Virus record (IMG/VR): IMGVR_UViG_3300049194_000052 | Location: 9,093 to 73,092 of that record | Reading direction: 5' to 3' (one strand) | DNA: 64,000 bases | Source of the DNA: a virus | In this document: piece after piece, positions 18,817-28,265 of the stretch | Layout of the letters: each line of letters begins with the position of its first letter | How positions within the stretch are numbered: position 1 is the stretch's first letter | Translations under genes and position numbers: made by a program | The notes under the pieces: generated by a model | Databases searched by the model: none | The model's input: the letters and a program-made list of their open reading frames with translations, nothing else | What the model was told of the DNA's origin: nothing

Positions 18817-21800
18817 GCGACCACAGCGTGCAGCGAATCATCGGCGCGGGCGGTGATCCATCCGGCGGCGGCTCCGGTATCAGCGAGTCGCCCGACTCCC
18901 TGTCCAGTAACGCCTTCGTACAGTTCATCGACGTGATCGGCGAAGGTGAGATCAAGGGGCTGGTCAACGGCGAGTCTTCGATCTACCTCAACGGGGTGCC
19001 CATGCGGGACCTCAGCGGCACGCCGAACTACCAGGCATTCACCTGGTCGTCGACCAACGGGTCCGCAGGGCAAGCGCCACTCACGTCATTCCGAAACATT
19101 GAGGACGAGGTTGGCGTAGGTGTGCAACTGAAGGAGACCCTTGGCCCGGTGACCCGGTCCATCGTGGACGCCGACGCTGATGCGGTACGCGTGACGGTCT
19201 CGGTCAACGGGCTGACTTCCTCAACGAAGGAAGGCCGTATCAACGGTTCAACGGTCAGCTACCGGATCGACGCCCGGGTCTCCGGCGGCGCCTGGCATCA
19301 GGGTGAGGTGCTCTCGATCACGGGCAAGACCACCGCCAGGTACCAGCGGCAGCACATCGTCGAGCTTGCCGGGATCGGCCCAGGCCCGTTCGAGATCCGA
19401 GTCGTTCGCCTGACCCCTGACGCAACCACCACACTGACCGTCGACAGCTTGTTCTGGGACGCGTTCACCGTGATCAACAGGGAGCTGCTCAGCTACCCGA
19501 ACACAGCACTGGTTGGCCTGAAGCTCGACGCCAAGTATTTCGGCCAGGTACCCAGTCGGTCGTACCACGTGCGCGGCCTGATCATCCAGGTGCCGAAGAA
19601 CTACGACCCGGCCACGCGAACCTATGCAACGACAGGGCCAGGCACCACGAATGGCGCTTGGGATGGCACCTTCAAGCCGGCCTACAGCAACAACCCGGCC
19701 TGGTGCTTCTACGACATCTGCGTCAACAAGCGGTACGGCCTTGGTGAACGGATCAAGCCGGAGCAGGTCGACAAGTGGGCGCTCTATGAGATCGGGCGTT
19801 ACTGCGATGAGTTGGTGCCGAAGATGGTCACCGGCGGGGGCGGACCTGGCTTCAGCACGAGTGGGCGGGTGCTGTCTAACGTCCCGCTGACGACTAACGC
19901 GGCTGAGATGGAGCCGCGCTTCACGCTCAACTGCGTCATCAACACACGCGACGACGCGTTCAAGGTCCTCGCGATGCTGACGAGTGCCTTCCGAGGCATG
20001 GCGTACTGGTCGTCCAGCTCGGTCATCCTGACCCAGGATCGTCCGACCGACGTCTCGATGTCCTTCACCAACGCCAACGTCGAGAACGGCGTCTTCTCTT
20101 ACGAAGGCGCGTCACGGTCGCAGCGCAACACCGTGGTCCTCGTCTCGTGGAACGACCCGAGCGAGGACTTCAAGCAGAAGTACGAGTACGTCGAGGACCG
20201 CGAGGGCATCAAGCGGTACGGCGTCCGCACAACTGACGTCATCGCCTTCGGTTGCACGTCCCGGTCGCAGGCCCGCCGCCTGGGGCTTTGGCTGCTGTAC
20301 ACGCAGCGCCTTGAGTCGTCGATGGTGCATTTCAAGGCGGGCCTCGACGCCGCCCGGGTCATGCCCGGGGCCGTCGTCGAGATCCAGGATAGTCACAGAA
20401 CCGGCGCCAGGTGGGGTGGCCGACTGGCCGATGCAACGCTGACGTCCCTCACACTGGACGCGGCCGTCTACCTGGAGATTGGCACCTACGTCATCTCCGT
20501 GTTGATGCCTGAAGGCACGATCGCGACACGCCAGGTCGCGATCCCGGCAGCCGGCGACTACACCACCCTCACGTTCACGACGCCGCTGGACGCGCTGCCG
20601 GTTGATGCAGCGATCTGGACCCTTGCCTCGGCCGACGTCTCCAGCATGCTGGCGCGGGTGGTGATGGTCAAGCAAGAGGGCAGCAACGCCTTCACCCTCA
20701 GCTGTGTCGAGCACAACCCGTCGAAGTACGACGCGATCGAGACCGACGCAAACCTCACGCTGCCGAACTACACGTTCCTGAGCTACGACGGCGTCAAGGC
20801 CGTCCAGAACCTCAAGCTGGTGGAGTCGACGGTGCGCACCGAGCCTACGGCGTCCGTGATCTGCCAGATCGACGTGAGCTGGGATGCGTTGCGGTCCCCA
20901 GAGCTGCGTGGCTATGTCGTTGAGTACCGAAGTGAGGCGGGTGACATCGGCTCCCTGCCTGAATCGAGGTATCCGAACGCCACCCTGACAGGGCTTGGAG
21001 TAGACACATACACGGTCACGGTCTACGCAGTCAACTCACTTGGCCTGCGCAGCCCTGGCGTGACCGGCGAGGTTGAGGTCACCGGGGTGCCGACGGTGCC
21101 ACAGGATGATCGTGCGCCTCCTGCCCTGCTCGGCCTTGCAACGACGACGTCGTTCTCAGACGTGCTGGTCCACTGGGACTGGCCGAGCTTCGAAGAAGGC
21201 GGCGGCAACGGAGGCACTGAGGTCTACTTCGCCGACTACTCCGGCACGGGCGACCTGCCCACCTTCGCCGATGCAGCGCTGCTTAAGGTTGCGCCCTCTT
21301 CGGTCAACCAAGTTGTCGACGGCCTGGTGCCGAACCAACAGAGGCACTACTGGGCTCGCCACGTCACCCGATTCGGCACGCCGTGCGTCACGTTCACCGG
21401 CGGCGTCAATGGCGTTGTAGGGCTGACCGCCCCCTTCGGCGTCCTCAATGTCCGACAGACTGGCACCGCCTTCAAGGTGCAGGGCGGGGCGTCGACGCCC
21501 CTCGAAATCACCATCACCGCCCAAGGTCAGTTCCTGAGGGGAGCGCCCGCCTTCACGATCGATTCGGGCACCGCCACGCTGACCGGGACGGGCATCAGCC
21601 GAACCATCACAGCGGCCAGCATGACCACGGACACACTCGTGGTGCGGGTCTCATGGGACGGTGAGGAAGACCTTGTCACCCTCACCAAGCTGGTACTTCC
21701 TTCGGCGAATGTGGATGTACCGCTGGCCCCGAACGGCCTGGTCGCAAGGGGCGTCCTGAAGGCGATCCTGCTCTCCTGGAACCAGCCGACCTACGAGGGC

Positions 21801-24425
21801 CACAAGAAGTTCCAGGTCTATCGCTCGACGACCAACGACCGCACGACCGCGACCCTCGTGGCGACGCCGACGGCTGACGTGTATGTCGACAGCACCGCGA
21901 CTGCCGGCCTGGCGTACTACTACTGGGTGAGGGCGGTCAACGTCAACGACCAGACGGGACCCTTCAACGGCGCGGCCAACGAGGGGGTGTCGGCGGGCCT
22001 TGCACTTGTCGGGACTAGCGACTTGGGCAACGCAGTCGTCCTTGCGGGGAATCTGGCGCCCGGCAGCGTCACGGCCGACAAGTCCGCGCTGGAGATCGGC
22101 GGTGACAACCTGGTCGCCAACAACTCGTTTGAGGTGGACGTCGACAGTGACGGGCTGGCTGACGGTTGGGGGGTCTACAACAACGATGGCTCCGGTGTGC
22201 CGACCGCCGCGAGTCGAACCAGTGGCCGCATCAGCGGTTTTGCGCAGCGTGTGACCTGGACGGGCACCAATGCCAGCTCAAAGGGCGTCTTCGCCCCTGG
22301 CGTGCGAGGCGGCTGGCAGATCGGCAAGACCTACGTGGTGTCCTTCTATGCCCGCGGTGCGTCGGCACAACCGTTTGGCATGTCATTGCAGTGGAACGTC
22401 AGCCCCGCGACTACCGTTGCGCTGAAGAACCCGAACATCGCTACGACTTGGCAGCGCTACGCCTTCCGCATCATCTGGGGCGGTTCCGTCGAGAACAGTG
22501 GCAACCTCTTTCTCAGCATCCTCTACGGCAACGCATGGGCCAACGGCTGGGTCGAGTTCGACGACGTGCAGGTGGAGGAGGGTGACACCCTCTCTGGCTA
22601 CCAGGGCAAGCTGGCGCTGAACACCATCGTTGCCGGCGATGGTGCCGTTGCCAACTTTGCTATCACGAACCTGCTCCTTGCGCACGGCTCCGTCGGCACA
22701 CTGAACGTGATCGATGGCGCAATCGTCAATGCAAAGATCGCCAACCTCGACGCTGGAAAGATCACGACCGGCCAGCTTGTTGCCGCCCGCATTGACAGCA
22801 GGGGCCTGTCCATCAAGGACGAAAGCGGCAACGTGATCCTGGCGGCCGGCAGTCAACTTCCGCTGGCCTATAGCAATCCCGGCACGATCAACAACAACAT
22901 CACCGTCGTCGGTGGCCAGCTGCTGGGAATCGGCGCCGGTGCCGGCGTCCAGGTCGACAACTCCTTCGCTGCGATCGGCCAGAACCTGGTCCCCAACAGC
23001 GATCAGACCTCAGCGATCACCTGGGGGCAGGGCATCGTGTCAGGCGTGACGACAGGCACACCGCTGCAGTACGCCTCAAACATCTGGAGCACTACCTACA
23101 CGTTGCGCTCGGCGACGACCCGAAATCTGGCCTTCAACCAGACCGGTGTCGGACCTGGTGACAACAACGCTGCGGCTGCCGACTTCTACCCCATGGGTGG
23201 TTGGGGGTCGACCTACTGCGTCCCCGTGCAGGCGGGCCAGCGCTACTGCTTCAGCTACTACGCGCAGTCTCATCGCTGCTACGTCGGTGGTGGCATCTCC
23301 TGGTTCTCCGCCGACGGAACGCATGTGGGCACAAGCTACATGGCGACCCAAAGCACGTCCTATGGGTCCGCTGACGCTCTCGATGCCTACCTCCGCATGA
23401 GCATCATGGCGACGCCGCCGGCAGGTGCCGTCGGTGCTGTGCCATTCATGCGCAAGTGCAACACCTGGAGCGGGCAGAGCGACAGCTGGTTCTGGGGGGC
23501 GGCACCCCAGTTCGAAGCGGTGGCAGCAAACGCTCAGGGTCCGAGCCCGTACATGCCTGGCCCAGCGTCCAGCACTCGACAGCTTGGGTACTCCGGCGAC
23601 CTGAACGCGACCTACGGGGCCAGCTGGAATGGCACGATCACCGGCCAGCCCTCGGACGGCACGATCCTCAACAACCAGATCGGCATCAATTCGTCCGGCC
23701 AGTTCTACAACGTCTCGACGGGCCAATCAGGCATCCCCGTCAGCAACAGCCAGATCAGCATCTCCGGCAACGCGCTGTTCGGCATCGGCGCGGGCAACGG
23801 AACCGATGTCGTCAACGCGGCACTGGTTCCGTCGATCAATACCGCCGCTACGACTGCCAACTGGCCCAGCGTGACCGGCAGCGGCCGGCCGGCTGACAAC
23901 GCGACAGTCGGTGCCCCCACTGGCACGCAGGTCGGCGGCGCACCGGCCGAGTCGGTCATCAGGCAGGGTTTCCCGATCACGGCTGCCAACATCGACGTCT
24001 ACATGGGCAACGTCGCGGTGCGGACGCTGCACATCGCTGATCAGGCGATAACGATCCCGGTTTCGGTCTACACGGCCAGCAACCTCGCGCCCGACCTCAC
24101 CATCTCGCCGCCGGCTGAGCAGGTCATTCAGAGCGCCACCATCAGCTCTTCGGGCGCCCCAATCGTCGTGATGGCTGGCTTCCAGGGCTGGCAGAGCATG
24201 AACGTGACGACCCTTCCCAAGTTGTACCGGAATGGTGTCCAGATCGCCGACTTCGCCGTGCAGACCCCTAACGCCACCGGTGGAAGTCTTCGTATCCCAA
24301 TCAGCATGCCAACCTTCATTGATACCCCAGGCCCCGGCGTGTGGACCTACTCGCTCAGAAAACTGAGCAGCGAACCATTGAACTGTTCCCAGCGTTCGAT
24401 GGTGCTCCTGGAGACTAAGAAGTGA
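18813..24425 (+). CDS. Central tail fibre / tip attachment protein, lambda gpJ-like, with FN3 and putative carbohydrate-binding modules
   Basis: IGEGEI.GL, YPNTALVG, SNNPAWC.YD, EPRFT.N, YEGASR motifs; long mosaic C-terminus. Confidence 0.95.
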   Translation: MSDHSVQRIIGAGGDPSGGGSGISESPDSLSSNAFVQFIDVIGEGEIKGLVNGESSIYLNGVPMRDLSGTPNYQAFTWSSTNGSAGQAPLTSFRNIEDEVGVGVQLKETLGPVTRSIVDADADAVRVTVSVNGLTSSTKEGRINGSTVSYRIDARVSGGAWHQGEVLSITGKTTARYQRQHIVELAGIGPGPFEIRVVRLTPDATTTLTVDSLFWDAFTVINRELLSYPNTALVGLKLDAKYFGQVPSRSYHVRGLIIQVPKNYDPATRTYATTGPGTTNGAWDGTFKPAYSNNPAWCFYDICVNKRYGLGERIKPEQVDKWALYEIGRYCDELVPKMVTGGGGPGFSTSGRVLSNVPLTTNAAEMEPRFTLNCVINTRDDAFKVLAMLTSAFRGMAYWSSSSVILTQDRPTDVSMSFTNANVENGVFSYEGASRSQRNTVVLVSWNDPSEDFKQKYEYVEDREGIKRYGVRTTDVIAFGCTSRSQARRLGLWLLYTQRLESSMVHFKAGLDAARVMPGAVVEIQDSHRTGARWGGRLADATLTSLTLDAAVYLEIGTYVISVLMPEGTIATRQVAIPAAGDYTTLTFTTPLDALPVDAAIWTLASADVSSMLARVVMVKQEGSNAFTLSCVEHNPSKYDAIETDANLTLPNYTFLSYDGVKAVQNLKLVESTVRTEPTASVICQIDVSWDALRSPELRGYVVEYRSEAGDIGSLPESRYPNATLTGLGVDTYTVTVYAVNSLGLRSPGVTGEVEVTGVPTVPQDDRAPPALLGLATTTSFSDVLVHWDWPSFEEGGGNGGTEVYFADYSGTGDLPTFADAALLKVAPSSVNQVVDGLVPNQQRHYWARHVTRFGTPCVTFTGGVNGVVGLTAPFGVLNVRQTGTAFKVQGGASTPLEITITAQGQFLRGAPAFTIDSGTATLTGTGISRTITAASMTTDTLVVRVSWDGEEDLVTLTKLVLPSANVDVPLAPNGLVARGVLKAILLSWNQPTYEGHKKFQVYRSTTNDRTTATLVATPTADVYVDSTATAGLAYYYWVRAVNVNDQTGPFNGAANEGVSAGLALVGTSDLGNAVVLAGNLAPGSVTADKSALEIGGDNLVANNSFEVDVDSDGLADGWGVYNNDGSGVPTAASRTSGRISGFAQRVTWTGTNASSKGVFAPGVRGGWQIGKTYVVSFYARGASAQPFGMSLQWNVSPATTVALKNPNIATTWQRYAFRIIWGGSVENSGNLFLSILYGNAWANGWVEFDDVQVEEGDTLSGYQGKLALNTIVAGDGAVANFAITNLLLAHGSVGTLNVIDGAIVNAKIANLDAGKITTGQLVAARIDSRGLSIKDESGNVILAAGSQLPLAYSNPGTINNNITVVGGQLLGIGAGAGVQVDNSFAAIGQNLVPNSDQTSAITWGQGIVSGVTTGTPLQYASNIWSTTYTLRSATTRNLAFNQTGVGPGDNNAAAADFYPMGGWGSTYCVPVQAGQRYCFSYYAQSHRCYVGGGISWFSADGTHVGTSYMATQSTSYGSADALDAYLRMSIMATPPAGAVGAVPFMRKCNTWSGQSDSWFWGAAPQFEAVAANAQGPSPYMPGPASSTRQLGYSGDLNATYGASWNGTITGQPSDGTILNNQIGINSSGQFYNVSTGQSGIPVSNSQISISGNALFGIGAGNGTDVVNAALVPSINTAATTANWPSVTGSGRPADNATVGAPTGTQVGGAPAESVIRQGFPITAANIDVYMGNVAVRTLHIADQAITIPVSVYTASNLAPDLTISPPAEQVIQSATISSSGAPIVVMAGFQGWQSMNVTTLPKLYRNGVQIADFAVQTPNATGGSLRIPISMPTFIDTPGPGVWTYSLRKLSSEPLNCSQRSMVLLETKK

Positions 24426-25000
24426 GCCGCTTCGCCATTCACCAACTCGGCAAGCCGCAGATCCTGCGAGTCGTCTCCTGTCACCTCGACCAACTGCAGT
24501 GGCAGCTTGAATCAGGGCAGGTCGGCGTCGCGGTTGAGCCGGACGTGTCCGACGACACCCATTACGTCAATGCTGGGCAGGTCGTCGCGATGGCCGCACG
24601 GCCGACGCCTGACCACAGCTGGGATTGGGAGACGCTCAGTTGGATTGAACCGGCGCTTGAGCTGCTGCGTGCCAACCGCTGGGACGAGATCAAGGCGGCC
24701 CGCACCGCGGCCGACCTTCAGCCGTACCCCGTCGCCGACTTCGAGATCGACGCGGATGCGCAGAGCCGGCAGAACATCATGGGCGCCATCATGGCCATGC
24801 AGCTGACGGGCGAGAGCACACGACTCTGGCGCTGCGCTGACAACACCATGCGCGAGCTGAGCCTTGCGCAGTTGATCACCGCCGGCACCGGCATCGCCGC
24901 CCGGCTGCAACAACTCATCGAGATCTCCGACCAGCTGTGGCAACAGCTGCAGGCCGCAACCACTGCGGCAGGGATCGAAGCAGTCATCTGGACCACTTGA
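24422..25000 (+). CDS. Tail fibre assembly chaperone-like protein (DUF4376-like C-terminus)
   Basis: DADAQS..NI.GA...W..ADN......L motif; follows gpJ. Confidence 0.7.
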   Translation: MSRFAIHQLGKPQILRVVSCHLDQLQWQLESGQVGVAVEPDVSDDTHYVNAGQVVAMAARPTPDHSWDWETLSWIEPALELLRANRWDEIKAARTAADLQPYPVADFEIDADAQSRQNIMGAIMAMQLTGESTRLWRCADNTMRELSLAQLITAGTGIAARLQQLIEISDQLWQQLQAATTAAGIEAVIWTT

Positions 25001-25004
25001 GGGA

Positions 25005-25283
25005 ATGAGCATGGGCGTCATCAGATCCTGGATCACCAACGTGCTGGTCGCCGCCGACCAGTTGGTCAACGCAGTGCTCGGCGGAGACCCCGACGAGACG
25101 ATCAGCTCCCGGGCGGCAAAGGCGGCCAGGCGCGGCCACCGCTGGGGTTGCGTGCTCTGCCGGGCACTCGATGCCCTGCAGCGGGACCACTGCGAGCGTG
25201 TGATCGAGACGGACGAGGGACGCTTTCGGTTGCGGTGGCAGCAACTTGGAGGTAGCGAAAAGAGTGACAATATTGCAAAATAG
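25005..25283 (+). CDS. Conserved phage hypothetical protein (DQLxNxxLGGxPDETISSR; CxxC...HC)
   Basis: Recognisable motif often seen next to lysis genes; function unknown. Confidence 0.7.
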   Translation: MSMGVIRSWITNVLVAADQLVNAVLGGDPDETISSRAAKAARRGHRWGCVLCRALDALQRDHCERVIETDEGRFRLRWQQLGGSEKSDNIAK

Positions 25284-25307
25284 GACGTACTACACAGCGT
25301 CCTGCCA

Positions 25308-25592
25308 ATGAAGCACATCTCCGAAGCCGACTCCGCCGCTGCAGCCGCTAGCGCCAGCCTCAAGGCCACTGTGTTGGGGGGCGGAACGCTCGCCGCGGGT
25401 GGACTGACTTCCAACGACTTCGCCATTTTCGGGGGCTTCATCATCGCCCTCGCCGGCTTCATTCTCCAGTTCATCTACCAGCGCCGTCGTGATCGGCGAG
25501 AGCAGGCTGAGGCAGACGACAAGCACCGCCTGCACCTCGCGCAGCTGGCCGCCATCCAGGCGGAAGTCGAGGCCTCGCGTGACCGCGCCTGA
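25308..25592 (+). CDS. Holin (possible pinholin)
   Basis: Small hydrophobic protein with TM segment FAIFGGFIIALAGFILQFIY and basic C-terminus; precedes the lysozyme. Confidence 0.75.
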   Translation: MKHISEADSAAAAASASLKATVLGGGTLAAGGLTSNDFAIFGGFIIALAGFILQFIYQRRRDRREQAEADDKHRLHLAQLAAIQAEVEASRDRA

Positions 25593-26097
25593 CCAGACGG
25601 CCCTACAGCGGCTCCGCGCCCCTATAGCGACGCTGGTGCTCAGCGCTGCGGGCCTGTTCGCCGTCACGGCGCACGAAGGCTTCACTGACCGAGCGGTTAT
25701 CCCGGTCCCTGGTGATGTCCCTACCTATGGTCACGGCTCCACCCGGCGCCCTGATGGCACGCCGGTGCAGTTGGGTGACCGCATCACGCGGCCCGAGGCG
25801 GCCGACCTGATGAAGCGTGAGCTGCGCGGCTTCGAGGGCCGGCTCAAGGACTGCGTGACCGCACCCCTGACCCAGGGCGAGTACGACTCCCTCGTGAGCC
25901 TTGCCTACAACGTGGGCAGCGGCACGGTGTGCAAGTCGACCATGGTCCGCCTGCACAACGCCGGCCAGCATGCCCAGGCCTGCGCCCAGTTCGATCGCTG
26001 GACCTACTTCCAGGGCAAGGACTGCCGCATAGCGACCCACCGCTGCTCGGGCCTTGTCACGCGCCGGGCCGACGAGCGCAAGCGCTGCGAGAGCTGA
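25579..26097 (+). CDS. SAR endolysin, GH24 lysozyme
   Basis: N-terminal Ala/Leu/Gly helix then HEG...GDVPTYGHG; LTQGEYDSLVSLAYNVG; GL..RRA.E..C. GTG start overlaps the holin end. Confidence 0.9.
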   Translation: MTAPDQTALQRLRAPIATLVLSAAGLFAVTAHEGFTDRAVIPVPGDVPTYGHGSTRRPDGTPVQLGDRITRPEAADLMKRELRGFEGRLKDCVTAPLTQGEYDSLVSLAYNVGSGTVCKSTMVRLHNAGQHAQACAQFDRWTYFQGKDCRIATHRCSGLVTRRADERKRCES

Positions 26098-26118
26098 ATT
26101 CCCACCACCGAGAGAACC

Positions 26119-26412
26119 ATGAGCTACTCCTTCCGCCTCCAAGCCGCTGACAAGGACGCCCTGAAGCGTCAGGTCGTCGACAAGTTCAACGAGATCGTCG
26201 GCCAGCAGGCCGCTCACGTGCACGATCGCAATCAGGCCATCTCCGCCTCGCACGCCTTCATCGACGTGCTCCCGGACAACCCGGACCGTGACGTCGTCGT
26301 CTCGGTGTGTGGCTCCCTGTCCGGTAGCTGGGCGAACGCTGACCTCATCTCGGTGAGCGGCGTCAGCCTGAACATCAGCGCGAGCTTCGCTGACCGTGGA
26401 CCTGCTGTTTAA
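26119..26412 (+). CDS. Hypothetical protein inserted in the lysis cassette
   Basis: GAGAG RBS; phage-like codon usage. Confidence 0.7.
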   Translation: MSYSFRLQAADKDALKRQVVDKFNEIVGQQAAHVHDRNQAISASHAFIDVLPDNPDRDVVVSVCGSLSGSWANADLISVSGVSLNISASFADRGPAV

Positions 26413-26929
26413 GCCACTACTCGCGGCGGCCGTCGCTGCCTGCTGCGCACTGGGCGCGGTGGCCGCCTGGCAGTACAGCCAGGCGGTCACGGCCCGAAGC
26501 GAGCGCGACAAAGTCAAGGCTGTATTCGACGCCTACAAGCTGCAGGCTGTGACCGACGCTCTACAAGCCGCCGAGAAGGCGAGGGCGGAGGAGCGCCTGG
26601 TCCAGAAGCAACAACAGGAGGCACTCAATGCTGCCCATCTCAATCTCGTCCAGGCTCGGCGCGATGCTGATTCCTCTCGCTCTGCTCTCGGTCGGATGCA
26701 GCAGCGTGCCCAGGCAACAGCCGCCCTTGGTCATTGCAAAGCGGCAGATCCCGGCCCTACCCAAGATGGCCCGGCAGCCAGCAACCCCGCAGGACTGCTT
26801 GCCGACGTGCTCGGCCAACTTGGAGAAGAAGCTCGACGGTATGCTGAGATCGCCGACGCCGCCCGAATCTCCGGCCAGCTCTGCGAAGCCCACTACGACG
26901 CCCTGATCGTCAACGTGTCGTCGGAGTGA
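26396..26929 (+). CDS. Rz: Inner-membrane spanin (i-spanin)
   Basis: N-terminal TM followed by a coiled-coil periplasmic domain; downstream of the endolysin. Confidence 0.8.
   Translation: MDLLFKPLLAAAVAACCALGAVAAWQYSQAVTARSERDKVKAVFDAYKLQAVTDALQAAEKARAEERLVQKQQQEALNAAHLNLVQARRDADSSRSALGRMQQRAQATAALGHCKAADPGPTQDGPAASNPAGLLADVLGQLGEEARRYAEIADAARISGQLCEAHYDALIVNVSSE
26628..26906 (+). CDS. Rz1: Outer-membrane lipoprotein spanin fully embedded in Rz
   Basis: Signal peptide with lipobox-like LLSVGC, Pro-rich, +1 frame inside Rz. Confidence 0.8.
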   Translation: MLPISISSRLGAMLIPLALLSVGCSSVPRQQPPLVIAKRQIPALPKMARQPATPQDCLPTCSANLEKKLDGMLRSPTPPESPASSAKPTTTP

Positions 26930-28025
26930 GGCTGTCGGGCAGGCGGGTTGCCGCCTCGACGGCGTTGCTGACGTAGTAGGTGTCGCGCAGCAAGGCGATG
27001 TCCTTGGTGCCGACAGCGTGGCTCAGCTCGAACACGTCCAGGAACTTGGCCAGCCTCGTGCAGGCCTCGTGCTTTGTATCGTGGAAGTTCAGGTCGGCCA
27101 CGCCCGACAGCCGGCGCACGCGGCGCCAGAGAGCGTCCCGGTCGGTGTCGTTCATCCCCATGATGTAGGGCGGCTTGCTGAAGCCGACCACCGGCTGCTG
27201 TCCGCTGGGCATGGTGGCCAGCAGCCTGGTCAGCAGCATCGCGGCCCGTGGCGTCAGCGGCACCACCCGGCTGGAGTCGACCTGGCCCGATCGTGACCCC
27301 TTCCGGCCGCCCACCTCCGTGGCACTGACCTTGACAACGCGGTTGACCTTGTCGAAGTCCGCCGGCCGCAGGCGCAGGATCTCGCCCGAGCGCATGCCTG
27401 TTTCCAAGGCGAAGAAGAAGCCGGCCACGACCCGCTGGGTACGCGTCGCCAGCTCGACCTCGTCGTTGTAGCCGCCAGCGATCGAGATGGCCTGCATCTC
27501 GTCCCAGGTCAAAAGCGGCCGGTTCCGCGACGGCGACGGCGGCGGCCTCGTCGCGCCATGGCAGGGGTTCATGGCGATCCACTTCAGGGACTTGACACCA
27601 TAGGTGAACGCCGCCGCCCAGAGGTTCATCTCGCGGTTGACGGTCGACCCGCTGACGGGGCGGTGACCACCGCCACGGGCTACCTGGTCACGACCCCGTT
27701 CCGCCATCCACTGGTTCATCCGGTGGGGGGTCAGGGTCTGCAGCTTCTCCTTGCCAATCGGCGAACTGGCCCACTTCAACAGCCGCAGGCTGTTCCAGCG
27801 GCCCGAGTCCATCTTCGAGGCGACGAAGTCCAGGTAGGTGAGGAGCAGGTCCTCGACCGTCTTGCCCATCGTCGTCACGTCCACCCCTGCCTGTTTCTTG
27901 CCTTCAATCTCGGCGGCCCAGGCCTGGGCCTCTGCCAGGGTGTCGCAGGTCTTCGTCTTCTTGCCCCCTCCGGGGAGGCGGACGATTGCTCGGGTTGAAT
28001 TGCCGCGGGTCTCGAATGACGCCAT
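26910..28025 (-). CDS. int: Tyrosine integrase (Rci/phage-integrase-like)
   Basis: ETGMRSGEI, FHDTKHEACTRL, C-terminal LRDTYY; start MASFETRG with GGAG RBS. Confidence 0.92.
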   Translation of the reverse strand: MASFETRGNSTRAIVRLPGGGKKTKTCDTLAEAQAWAAEIEGKKQAGVDVTTMGKTVEDLLLTYLDFVASKMDSGRWNSLRLLKWASSPIGKEKLQTLTPHRMNQWMAERGRDQVARGGGHRPVSGSTVNREMNLWAAAFTYGVKSLKWIAMNPCHGATRPPPSPSRNRPLLTWDEMQAISIAGGYNDEVELATRTQRVVAGFFFALETGMRSGEILRLRPADFDKVNRVVKVSATEVGGRKGSRSGQVDSSRVVPLTPRAAMLLTRLLATMPSGQQPVVGFSKPPYIMGMNDTDRDALWRRVRRLSGVADLNFHDTKHEACTRLAKFLDVFELSHAVGTKDIALLRDTYYVSNAVEAATRLPDSLTPTTR

Positions 28026-28114
28026 GTGAGGACTCCTGTGAAAGCGGCTTGGGGACAGTTCACCAGACCGTTGGGGACAGCACATGGGGACAGTTGCCTG
28101 TCCCCAGAGCACGG

Positions 28115-28123
28115 ATTATGACA
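28115..28123 (-). promoter_or_regulatory. Extended -10 element, candidate int promoter
   Basis: Minus strand reads TG-T-CATAAT about 90 nt upstream of the int ATG. Confidence 0.45.
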
Positions 28124-28189
28124 GAAAAAGTAAGAAAGGAACCTCTACACGTCCCCACGCGACTCGCATCACAGCCCTCAGCGGACGTG

Positions 28190-28223
28190 AAAAAGCCCCG
28201 TAAATCAATGACTTACGAGGCTT
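28190..28223 (-). terminator. Intrinsic terminator between the attP core and int
   Basis: AAGCCTCGTAA-GTCATTGAT-TTACGGGGCTT followed by TTT. Confidence 0.75.
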
Positions 28224-28248
28224 CTGCGACTGGTTCAGCTTTTCCTAG

Positions 28249-28265
28249 TGGTGCCCGGGGCCGGA
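28249..28265 (-). mobile_element. attP common core matching a tRNA-Leu 3' end
   Basis: Minus strand TCCGGCCCCGGGCACCA (T-arm 3' strand, acceptor stem, CCA), lying between int and xis and flanked by arm repeats. Confidence 0.85.

Noticed and set aside
18813-25000. Diversity-generating retroelement or invertible tail-fibre cassette
   Set aside because: No reverse transcriptase, no TR/VR duplicate, no invertase and no inverted crossover sites were seen.
28249-28265. tRNA gene
   Set aside because: Only the 3' 17 nt are present; no D-arm or anticodon arm upstream on the - strand.
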